Of a DNA stretch of 64,000 nucleotides, positions 53,601-64,000 are shown in pieces. Position 1 is the stretch's first letter; each line of letters begins with the position of its first letter. The DNA comes from Zygnema circumcarinatum SAG 698-1b. Lineage: Eukaryota; Plantae; Zygnematophyceae. Both the position numbers and the translations under genes were made by a program. The notes under the pieces were generated by a model, which was given only the letters and a program-made list of their open reading frames with translations, ran no database searches and was not told the DNA's origin. Location of the stretch: positions 1,736,001 to 1,800,000 of the forward strand of contig CM074821.1 in the NCBI GenBank assembly GCA_037447605.1, read 5' to 3'.

Positions 53601-54613
53601 CTTTTTTGGGGGCGGAAAGTTCGAGGTGGAGGAGATATGTGTTCCGCGGATGGTAGATTGCGTGCATGAGCCGCCTTATGCTCGCCAGGTCACCGGAACT
53701 GCCTGTGATCTCTCAAAGGAGAGAGGGGAGGGAGTGAGAGACAGAGAGAGAAGGGAAATAAGCAAGAAAATAAAGAGGGAGAAGTTGGAAGCCCGGGACA
53801 GACAATGCTTCCTCAAATAGCAGCACAGGTCAAGGCAAATATTGACTTTAAAACTTAGTAAGAAAAATTAGGGTTGGAGAAGGAACCGAGTCAATTGGAG
53901 GAACTACCCAATCCCTGCAAGAAATTGTAATTCTTTTCATCGTTGAAAGAAAAAGAAACAGGGTTAAGTTATTAAGGACAAGAATAAGTAGGGGAAGGGA
54001 GGGGACGGGAACGAATTTTCGAATTATTTCGAATCAATCAATCAATCTTCAACTAATCGACCCCCCTCTCTTTCTGTCCCTCTCCTTTTCGGCCCTCACT
54101 CTGTTCCTATACCTCTCGCGTCCTATCCCTGGTCCTATCTCTCTCGCCCCCGGATTGTCATCTCTCACTCTCTCTAACAATATCCATCCTCTCCAATCTC
54201 TTCTTTTAACTTCCATCACTCTGCTACCTCAACCCGCTAACCCCCTAATTTTCTCTCCCATTTTCTCTTACCTAATTCCTAAACTTCTCAGGCCCCACAC
54301 CCCTCCTCCCCAGCGCCCTTTCTTCCCTCACACTCTCCCCCTTCACTCCCTACTTCCCNNNNNNNNNNCCTCCCCTTCCCCCCCCACCTGTCACGAGGAA
54401 AGCGAACCGCGGAGGCGTGTTCTCCGCAGTCCCTCCGGGCGGCTTTGGCTGCCACGTGTCGAACGGCAGCACGCGGCCCGCGCGCCTCGCCCCCTCCCAG
54501 CTCCCCCGCCACATGGCCCGCCCGCCCGGCTGCATCACCAGCTCCCCCAGCAGCAGCAGGCACAGGGCCGCGCCCACCACCGCCGCCCACCCCTGCACCG
54601 CCCGGCAATCCAT
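50634..54613 (-). CDS. GT14 / core-2/I-branching glycosyltransferase (GlcAT14-like beta-glucuronosyltransferase), 418 aa, 7 exons
   Basis: Exons 54613-54388, 53702-53385, 53134-53059, 52874-52759, 51541-51336 (GC donor), 51113-51004, 50838-50634. Motifs: PRFAFLVTG, AIYHPRNTYLLHL, WDWFINLSATDYPL, GWDNLPR, SSPEHYFQTVICNS, FARKF, PGGWC, QC. Confidence 0.92.
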
Positions 54614-55444
54614 GGCCCCCCCGCCCGCCCGCCTGCGCGCCCACCGAGGAGGGGAATGCGATGCGGTACACGCGGGAGGATACGGAGGGAGAGAGGGCGG
54701 GAGAGGGAGAGAGGTCGGCAGAGGAGAGGACGGGAGAGGGAGGCAGGGAGGGAGGGAGAGGGAGGGACGAGTATCTGGGGGGTGTGGCAACCGGGGGAGG
54801 GCAGACCGTGCTAGGGATCCTCACGGTACGAAAATGGACGGTCGGGGAGGGAGAGAGTCAAAGAGGAATACTGTAGGGGACCGTGCGGTACGGACGTGAT
54901 ACGGACATGTACGGATCGACCTTGGCTAGGAGCGGGACCGGGCGGCGAAGTTTGAGTTGACTTGAGCCGTACGAATGGCGGGCGGGTGGATGACGTCATC
55001 CTTACAGAAACCAAGTTTCTGGTTTTTAGGGGCCCAAATCCCAGTGTGTACGGATCGAGTCGAGTCCGCCTCGCCCTCCCTTTGCATCAGCGGCGCGTTC
55101 ACGACTGCTGCTCGAGCCATGTTGTTGTTGTTGTTGTTGTTTAAACAGGCCTTGTGGTTGCTTGGGTGTGTCGTTCCTGCCTCGTTTTTTTTTTTTGCGT
55201 TCTTGGACTAGGGAACCTTGGCTTGCGGCTGTGGAAACCACGAGGGAAGCTGCGCTCTTGTGTTGAATTTCCCATTTGAATCGACTCAAGTCTACAAATG
55301 AAACAAGTTCAGGCATTTTGTTATGAATGACAGCATGGGGTGAACAACGAGTCGAACTCCCGTGCTTCATGCGTCGTCGCTAGACATGGCAGCAATGCTA
55401 AGAAAAACTGTCGTCGAATGCTACTACAGCACAAAAACTTCGTC

Positions 55445-55530
55445 CAAAAGTACAAACAATGTACCTCAAAGGTACAGAAAAGTACAAAACAAAGTACAAA
55501 AAAGTACAAAAAGGTACAGAAAGTATGAGC
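55445..55530. promoter_or_regulatory. Helically phased A-tract/GTAC array in the GT14-YAF9 divergent intergenic region
   Basis: GTAC at 55450, 55461, 55472, 55482, 55494, 55504, 55514 (spacing 10-12 bp), each embedded in A-runs. Confidence 0.5.
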
Positions 55531-56255
55531 CAAAAAAGTCCCCAAAATCCTGTAAATGAAACTCAAAATGGTCCCGCAAGTAGTAAAATACGGGAATTTC
55601 CGTAAATCCCGTATTTGACGAAGCCTGCTGTGGGCCCCACCGTTTGACTTCCACGTGACTCACGAGTAACTGTATGTGACGTCACATGGACTCCCCAGAA
55701 TTCGAGAAGGAAAATCTAAGTGACGTGTGCAAAAACCCGAAACCGAAAGTTTTTGAAGTTTTTTGTCCATGACCATTTGATGGCATCATCGCCATAGTGA
55801 GAGATCAATGAATGCCGCATCACTTTTTTTTTTTTTTTTTTTAAAGTTAGAATCCGGTGAAAAACCCTCCAGGGCCTGATGACGTCATAAAAGTGTTGGA
55901 GTACTTTTGACCTGACGAATTTCGGACGAGGTTTTTGGTTCGAAACTTTGAAGATTCAAACTTTCAAACCAAAGACTGGATTTGCTGACACCGGGAAGAA
56001 ACCAAAACGAGCAGTTCGGTAAACCAAAAAATGACTGAAGTTGGCTTGCCAAAGGGTTTTTAGGGTTTCGAGAAATTCGGGAGGTGCAGGTATTAGGGTT
56101 TTAGGGTTTTGAGCACTCGGAGAACTTAGGGTTTCGAGAATTCGGGACGTGCAGAAATTAGAGGTTTAGGGTTTCGAGCACTCGGAGGAGTTAGGGGGTT
56201 TTAGGGTTTCGAAAATTCGGGACGTGCAGGAATTAGGGTTTTAGGGTTTCGCAGT

Positions 56256-59200
56256 ATGGAAGAGCGCGCCGCAGACGAAGCAGGGGCCGTTCATGTGAAT
56301 GCAACAGAGCCGGTTGCGGCCGCTGCGACATCACCCTGCGCTGCCGCTACATCATCAATGGCGCCAGCTACATCACTGGTCCCCGCTGGCCCTACATCAC
56401 CAGGAGCTCCTTCTAAATCACCGGCCGCCCCCGCTACCTCATCAGTCGCCCCTGGTACATCACCGGGCCCAGCCGCTACATCACTCGGCGCCCCTGCTAC
56501 ATCATCTTTTGGCGCTGCTACATCATCTTTTGGCGCTGCTACATCACTCGGGGGAGCTGCAGGGCCGAAGAAAAAGCGGAGGTTGGCTGATTTGTCGCAG
56601 GAGGAGGTGAGCCTGCTCCGCGAAGTTCAGTCTTAAGATAAGATTTTGGGAAAGGTTTTGGGTTTTGCGGTTTTAGGCATTTAGGGTTTTAGGACTGTAA
56701 GGGTTTGAGGATTTTAGGTTTTTTGGTTTCAAGATTTTATTGCTGGAAAGGCTTTTTTTTGTGACTTTGGGGTTTTTAAGTCTGTCCCTGACAGAGGCTA
56801 TACACGGACTTAAAAACGCTGAAGACTTTAAGAGACCCCTAATACCCTAATTCCGACCTCTAAACCCCTAAACCCCCTAAACCCCCTAAACCCCCTAAAC
56901 CCTTGAACCCTTAATCTTAGGACGCACCCTACGACTTCAAAACCCTAATCCCCTGAACGCCTCTTAAACCCTCACACTCTGAACCCTCACTAACTCTACA
57001 ACCTTGAACTCCTTAAGCCTAAACCCCTAAATCTCTTACCCCTCTCCCTCTAGTCCCCCTCAACCTTAACCCCTACAGCCCTAAACCGTAGAACCCTGAA
57101 CTCCCAACCGCGTCACCCCCTTCACTCCACCCCTCCACCCTCAGCCCTTAACCTTTAACCTTACAACCCTAACCCTTAGGAAGCCCTAAGCCCTGAGGTC
57201 TGAGTCTTAAACCGCTTCACCCCGTCACCCGAAAACACTAACCTTCAAACCCTAAACCCTAAACCCCAAACCCTAAACCTGAAACCCTAAACCCTGAGCC
57301 CTTGCTCCTCACCAATCACCCCTCACCCCTAGTAAACCCTAAGCCCTAAACCCCAAACCCTAAACCCTAAGCCCTAAACCCTAAACCCTAAACCCTAAAC
57401 CCTAAGCCCTGAACCCTAAACCCTAAACCCTAAACCCTAAGCCCTGAAACCTAAACCCTAAACCCTAAACCCTAAACCCTAAGCCCTGAACCCTAAACCC
57501 TAAACCCTAAACCACAAACCCTAAACCCTATTAAACCCTAAGCCCTGAAACCTAAACCCAATCCTAAACCCTAAACCCTAAACCCTAAGCCCTGAACCCT
57601 AAACCCTAAACCCTAAGCCCTGAAACCTAAACCCTAAACCCTAAACCCTAAACCCTAAGCCCTGAACCCTAAACCATGGGCCCTGAGCCCCGCCCCCCCC
57701 CTTTGCGGCAGATCGAGGCGATCGTGGCGCTCCGCGGGAAGATGGCGCAGGCGGCCGTCGGGCGGCGGTACGGCCTCGAGCAGACTGACGTCAGCCAGAT
57801 TCAGCGCCTGCAGAGGGCGCGCGCGCCGCGGCCCGAGGACCGGAGGGCGCCTGTACGGACACTAGAGGCACCCCCCTGACGGCCGCTAGAGGCACCCCCC
57901 CCCCTAACTGACGCTAGAGGCATCCCCCTGACGGCCGCTAGAGGCACCCNNNNNNNNNNCCCCCCCCCCCCCCCCCCTAACTGACGCTAGAGGCACCCCC
58001 TTGACGGCCGCCACTGGAGTAGACATGGAAACCCCAAAAAAACGCGGAAGATTCTAGTAGCAGTGGAAACCCTTCAAATCCTGAAAACCCTGGAAATTCA
58101 AAATATTTTGAGAGAGCACAAAATACTTAAGATGCTCGACAGCCTTTTAGGCTGAAGCCCTAAATTCTCGAAACTAGAAAAGTCATGAAGGTCTTAAAGG
58201 GTCTTCAAAACTTAAAGGACCCAAAAACGTTAAGAAATACCAAAAACGCCATTTTCTTCAGGCCTGAGCTTAGTGAAGGTTTGGGGTGTGCTGGAAGCAG
58301 AGAGTGAAAGATGTCGAAGTGGTCCTTCCCATTGTGTATGGAACGATTTCATTTTGGCTCGGAAAGAAGGCGGACGAGTAAGTACCAATTTTTTTTCTGT
58401 TGTAAAGGGGCACGGTGGAATTTCTCACTCTCTCACTTCTCTCGCTGTGCCTCCTTCGCCCTCTCTTCCTCTCTATCAATCCTCTTCTCTCTATCTCGTT
58501 CACATTCTCCCCTCCGCGCCTCCCTCTCTCCCTCTCTCATTCACTCACTCACTCCCTCTCTCCCTTTCCCTCCTTCTCTCCCCAACTTCCCTCCCCCTCT
58601 TCCCTCTATTTCATCCCCCCCTTCCCCCCTTCCCTCCCCTCTTCCCTCTCTTCCCTTCTCTCCCCCACTTCCCTCTCTTCCCTCCCCCCCCCCTCCCCCC
58701 TTCCCTCCCCACTTCCCTCTCTTCCCTTCTCTCCCCCACTTCTCTNNNNNNNNNNAGGGGAGGGGAGGGAGGGGAGGAAGGGGAGGAAGGGAGAGGGAGG
58801 GAGAGGGAGGGACTAGGCCTGCTTTAGTCTGTCAGGTTTTCAAGCTTGTCTAACTTCAAGAAAGTCTTAGAATTTCTAGAGTTAATCATTTCGAATTGTT
58901 CAGTGTTTCAAGTTTTCATGATTTCAGATTCTAGGGTTTGGAGTATTGAACCTTGAAGTCTTTTTAGGGTTTTGCGAGACGGAACTGAGAGCATAGAACT
59001 CCTTTTTGTGGGCCCCTCAGCTTCCATGGGCTCAAGCTGTATCCGGAGGAGGAAGGCTCCCAGCCGAGCTCAACAAAGAAACCCGTTGTGGTCGAAAATT
59101 ACGACGAGTTGGTGTTCACAGAACCGTTAGACACATTTTTTCAGAGAGTTCGAAACAATCCGGCGGTGCATTTGTACGGAAGCAATTCCGCCCTAACTGC

Positions 59201-59837
59201 CGCAGCTCCAGGTGAGTTTTTCTTGCTTTTTTTTTTAGTATCATTATCATTTCTCTTTTCCTGTTAAGGAAAACCAAAAAGCAAAACCAAAAAAAAATGG
59301 CAAAATTATTGAAAAGTGTGAAATGTTTCGACGCTGATTTGATTCCGGTGAAGTACTTTCAATAGTTATCGTATTTACCTTGTGAACATTTTCTTTACGA
59401 AACAGTTGCGTCTTTAAGGATGACGAGTATGTTCCTTTTCCCTTTTTTTTTTTTTAATGTTTTTTCACATTATGAAGTTAATGATGTGGGAGGGAGCAGA
59501 AGAAGACGAAAAACCCACGAAGGGCGAGAGAGGGGACGCGAAAGCCCACCCCCTCTCCCAGTGGTTTGGAAACTTCTCCGATGCGGACGAGCTCGCGCGC
59601 CTCTCCGTCGCTCGGCAGCAAGTAACCCTACAACCCTAAAAACCTTAAAAAAAACCTGAATTTATTGTATTTAGAGAGAGGTTGTAGAGAGTGGGAGAGT
59701 GTATTAAAGATGTTAAGTGTGTTGAGAAACGTTTCGGTGCTGTAACGTGACAGGTCGCGTCTCTGATTGCGAAGTTGGAGCAGGACTATGCGGCGGCCGA
59801 GGCCGAGTGTCAGAGGCTCAGAGTTGCTATGTCGTAA
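56256..59837 (+). CDS. YAF9: YEATS-domain protein YAF9/GAS41 with Ala/Thr/Ser/Pro-rich N-terminal extension; middle YEATS exon(s) missing, probably in the N gap at 58746-55
   Basis: Exons 56256-56606 (ends [14 protein letters not shown]), 58301-58377 ([23 protein letters not shown]), 59021-59211 (HGLKLYPE...[14 protein letters not shown]), 59500-59621 ([16 protein letters not shown]), 59754-59837. Exon 1 assignment rests on phase match and the NLS. Confidence 0.82.
57248..57675. repeat. Interstitial telomere-like array (CCCTAAA)n with recurring CCCTAAG-CCCTGAA variant dimer
   Basis: Dense heptamer array; ccctaagccctgaa recurs about 7 times between 57400 and 57670. Confidence 0.92.
57860..58010. 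repeat. Short GC-rich tandem repeat (ctagaggcaccccc...tgacg), interrupted by an N gap
   Basis: At least 5 copies of ctagaggcaYccc at 25-30-bp spacing. Confidence 0.8.
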
Positions 59838-60475
59838 CCCTTCGTTCTCCTTCCCTCTAAGCAAAAGGGAGAGTCTGTACAGAAATTGAGAGTGCAAAGT
59901 GCGGAGATTCGACAAATTTCTCTTTTTAGTGACGGTAGGGAGAGAGGGGAGGTAGGGAGATGGGAGGGAACTGCCGTGAGTGGGACACACCCGGACGAAG
60001 GAATTGAATAAAGGGCGGACGCCAGCATTTTTCTTGTGCTTCAGAAAGGCATCTCATCTCTCGTCTCTCTCTCCCTGCCTCCCAACCTTCTTTCCTCCCT
60101 CCTCACCTCTCCCCTCCCCTCCCCTCCCCTCCTCCCCCTCCCCCTCCTCTCCCTCTCCCTCTCTCCCTTGCTCCCCACCCCTCTCCTCCGCCCCTTCCCC
60201 TCTCCCTTCTCTCCCTCCCACCCATCAATGGCCCAAGACTTCCACAAAAACGGTGTTCGCCGCAATTTTATTTCTGTACAGACGAGCGGCCCCGTCCGGC
60301 CACAGTTTAAGGATTTACTTACTTCGTATCCCCTCCTTAAACATGTTAGCTTTATTATTCAAAGGGCTCTGACCTATTGCCTTCTACCGCATATAATCCT
60401 TAATTCCCACCCCAACTTCCGCAGATTTAAATACGAAATAAGAATAAACAAAAAACGTAAAACAAGCGCTGCACC

Positions 60476-62753
60476 CTATGCATGCATGGAGCCCTCTCTC
60501 TCACTTCTCGTAATCAACGACGACAATTCCATGGCTCTCACGTTGACATTACAAGACGAGCTTCTTAGATCCATGTTGGCCTCCGGCTCCGTTGCGTCCG
60601 AGTCTGCGAACTGAGTCAGCTTGTTCCATGCGCCCTTGTCAAAGTACTGTTTAACGGATTTCCACTGACTCCCCTTTTCATGCGCTCCGGCCCTCCCCTT
60701 TGATCCGTACAGCACTTGTCGCATGTCCAGCGTCTCCTCGTCCGCCAAAGAGTCAAAGCAGGAGGGGTCGAGATGCTGCTCGAGAAGCTTGAACACGTCC
60801 CTCATGGAGGGCCGCTTGGAGGGGTCCTCGCGGATGCACTCTTTTGCGATTCCACCGAGGAGGGTCAACTCGCGTTGATCCACATCCCCGAGCCGCGCAT
60901 CCACCATCAGGATCAACATTTGGGGGTCGTCCAGAAAGGGGTTCGCCTGTGCAGATGGGGACACGACATGGAAATGTCAGCATGTGGGGGGGGGGGGGGA
61001 AGGGGGGCTAGTCAAGTCAGTCGTTAGCCAAGAGCCTTGCCTTGGCTAAAAGCTGACTTGGCCAAGAAAATGGCTGCACCGGCTGAGGCTGACTAATGAG
61101 TGCACCAAAGCAGGCCGAGCCAAGTCACTGCGACTAAGAACGGGACTAAACCATGCTTTCACGGTAATCGCCATCGCCAGTTTGCAGTGCATGCACCCTC
61201 CCTTCCTCATCATTCTTCTCTCTTTCTATCCCTCCTTCCCCCTCTCTCCCTCTCTCTCCATCTCTCCCTTGCTCTTGTTCTCTCCGCTCTCCCTCTCCTC
61301 TCCCTCTCTCCCTCTCCCTCTTCCTCACGCTCTCTCGCTCTCCAACTCTCCCTTGCTCTCGTTCTCTCCGCTCTCACTCCTCTCCCTCTCCCGCTTTTTC
61401 TCTCTCTCTCTCTTCCCCCCACGTACCAGGCTGGTGATGTGCACGTCCCTCATGACGGGCTGTCCCGAGAGCAGCTCTAGCAGCACCACTCCGTAACTGT
61501 ACACGTCGGACCGTTCCGTTGCAGTTTCGTTCTGTTCGAGGAGATCCGCCGCTCCATGCGCTCCTCTCGTCCGTTTTCCGTTGCGACTTTTTGAGCGTTT
61601 GGCGCTGCTCGGAGAATGTTCTTTGGAGGAAAAAGAGAACTCTCCCAACTGGGGAGGAGTTATATGCGAAAAAATGCAAACATCGGTCAGTTTTTATAAA
61701 ATATGGAAACACTATAGCATACAAAGCATTAGCAATCCTAAGCCCCAAAGAATTTAGCAATGGCGAAGAAACATTCAAGCCGATAAAATTCAACCCGAAG
61801 GAAGTTCGTCATCGTCAAACCCAAAACCCTAAAATCTAAACCATGGACCCTAACTCAAAACACTAACCCTTAACCCTACTCTCTAATACCCTGAACCCTC
61901 AAACCCTAAACCCTACAAACCCTAAAGTGTACCAAACATGAACTCTACCTTGGCCGAGTCGTCGTCTGCGAGAAAAATATTTGTTGAGTTGACCTCTCCG
62001 TGGATCAACCGCGGAGTGGATCCGTGGTGGAGGTGCTCAAGAGCAGCCGCAATGTTGATCGCAATCTTCACTCGAGCCTCCCATGGAAGTGGTTTTTGAT
62101 CCACTTCTGCAATTACCCAAGTTTACCAAAAAAATATGGTAACGAAGAAGGGGGGGGTGAGGAGAGATGAAGAAAATTTGATTTTAAAAAAAAGGTGATT
62201 TTATTTTTTGGGACGGAAATAAAGGAAGCTGCGATAAGAAAAACAAAGGAACTCGAAAGAAGTGAGAGCTTGGAATATGGAGCTGGATTTGTGGAAGTTG
62301 AGGGCCGATGGAAGGGGAGAAGGAGAGGGAGAGGGAGTGAAATGGGGGAGGAGGGAGAGAGGAAGACAGAGTGAGCGCGGGAGAACGAGGATGAGAGCGC
62401 GTAAGAGAGTGGTAGGACTGAAGGCGGGACAGGGAAAGAGAGAGGAAAAGGGAGTGGGAGTGGGAGTGCGACAAGGAAAGGCATAGGAAGAAGGAGAGGG
62501 AGTGGGGGGGGGGGGCAGGGGACGAGACGAAAAGAGTAGGTGCGAGATAGATGGATAGGGAAAAGTGGGCGAGAGAAACGGAGATGGCCATAGAGTGGGA
62601 GAGAGAGAGAGAGCGATGTAACGCGAGTTGGAAGGAAAAGAGAGTGAGAGAGAGCGAGAGACGAGAGTGGGGGAGACAGAGCGAGAGAGAAAGAGTGAGA
62701 GAGACTGAGGCGAGAGACGAGAGGGGGGAGAGAGAGAGGGAGAGAGAGAGGGA

Positions 62754-62784
<31 letters not shown>

Positions 62785-62910
62785 CGACGTAACGCGAGTT
62801 GGAAGGAAAAGAGAGCGAGAGTGAGCGAGAGACGAGAGTGGGGGAGACAGAGAGCGAGAGAGAAAGAGTGAGAGGGACTGAGGCGAGAGACGAGAGGGGG
62901 GGAGAGAGAC

Positions 62911-62963
<53 letters not shown>

Positions 62964-62964
62964 C

Positions 62965-62997
<33 letters not shown>

Positions 62998-63592
62998 GAG
63001 TCGGGGGCCCCTCACTATGCAGGCGATCGTAGAGCGTCCCTCTGGGCATGTACTCGAAGACCAGAATTCGCTCCCCCCTCGCGAGGCAGACCCCGCGGAG
63101 GCCCACGAGCGCGCGGTGCTGCGCGCGGGCCAACCGCTCCACGCGGCACTGGAAGAGGAGGGACCCACGCTCTGGGACACGGACACGCCCGTTATCCGTT
63201 TTCCGTTAACCGTTAACCGTTAACCGTTTTCCGTTTTCCGTTTTCCGTTTTCCGTTTTCCGTTTTTCGTTTTCCGTTTTTCGTTTTTCGTTTTCCGTTTT
63301 CCGTTTTGTCATACAAAAGTAGGCCGTTAGAACTCGCAAGGACAAGGACACGACGCTGCTCTCTCTGTACGAAGGAAGGGGCTACTGGAACAGTTTCGAG
63401 GGATTTAAGGGTCCTTGTTGGGTTTGGGGGAGTTTGGGAAGTTTAGGGTTCAGAATTAGGAAGGGTTTTGAGGGGTTGTTTAAGGATTCAAGAAGGGGTT
63501 GAAGGGAAGGGGAAGGTGGGGTAAGAAAAGAAAGAAGGGGCAGGAGCTGAGAGAAGAGAGAGAGAGAGAAGGAGAGAGAGCGAGAGCGAGCG

Positions 63593-63631
<39 letters not shown>

Positions 63632-63843
63632 CAGAGTGGGAGAGAGGGGGGGAGGGGAAGGAGAGGGGGAGAGATACTCACTTGTTGGATCGTTTTCTCG
63701 TTTCACGACTGCCCGACGGTCCAGTCGGTCAGTCAAAAGATTTTCAGCCAAATACCGCTTTCCAAAAGGTTCTTCTCCAATAACGGTTGTAAAATTTTTG
63801 GTTTGTTTTCGGATTGTGCTCAGACTGTATTCCTTTACTCCCA
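60476..63843 (-). CDS. Receptor-like (RLK/Pelle) kinase domain with degenerate catalytic motifs (pseudokinase); 5' part lies beyond the window
   Basis: Exons 63843-63682, 63171-63016, 62106-61949, 61648-61427, 60946-60476; phases consistent. Motifs: YSLSTIRKQTKNFTTVIG, LVFEYMPRGTLYDRLH, LPWEARVKIAINIAAALEHLH, SDVYSYGVVLLELLSG, RPSMRDV. Confidence 0.88.
63189..63307. repeat. (CCGTTTT/CCGTTAA)n heptamer array next to a 3' splice site
   Basis: About 17 tandem units, ending 17 nt from the acceptor at 63172-74. Confidence 0.9.
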
Positions 63844-64000
63844 CTGCGCCCAATCACCACATGTCACGTGAAAAAGTGCACATCTGAGTATGTCGATTGT
63901 TGGGAAACAGACAGAGAGACGGACAGAGGGGAGAGAGAGGGAGGGCAGCGAAGGAAGATCGGGAGAGTGGGCGATGTAAATAGGGCAAGGGAGAGAGAAG

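Noticed and set aside
56640-57675. Ancient telomere-telomere chromosome fusion site
   Set aside because: Exons that join in phase into one YAF9 gene flank it, and the G-strand half is too degenerate; kept only as an intronic repeat finding.
62613-62900. ~170-bp direct duplication in an RLK intron as a solo LTR or TE
   Set aside because: It is a local tandem duplication of GA-rich sequence with no TG...CA ends, TIRs or TSD.

Overview
Eukaryotic nuclear DNA with plant-type telomere-like repeats (TTTAGGG/CCCTAAA), GT-AG introns packed with GA/CT microsatellites, and a land-plant-like gene set. This suggests a streptophyte, probably an alga or early-diverging plant (inference only). About 13 spliced genes could be reconstructed by hand with consistent exon phases: a partial gene with a plastid-transit-like first exon (left edge), a Raf-like STY kinase, a 1922-aa tail-anchored coiled-coil protein with one 4.8-kb exon, RPL7, a RAB5IF/Rab5ip protein, two SUB1-family O-fucosyltransferase-like paralogs, a GH43 galactanase, DWF1, a PPOX2-like FMN-binding protein, a GT14/GlcAT14-like enzyme with a GC-AG intron, YAF9/GAS41, and a 5'-truncated receptor-like pseudokinase. 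There is also a Ran pseudogene fragment and four non-autonomous inverted-repeat elements. The most unusual non-coding signals are a ~38-bp-periodic array of ATCYAACGGY motifs with unique spacers (478-843), a related CCAAYGG repeat family in two other promoter regions, and clusters of CGTAC motifs near gene starts. Also notable are a telomere-like higher-order array abutting an in-frame HTH-like cassette inside YAF9 intron 1 and a possible cluster of Golgi arabinogalactan-modifying genes. Nine N-runs hide parts of several genes. All family calls come from recalled motifs, not database searches.
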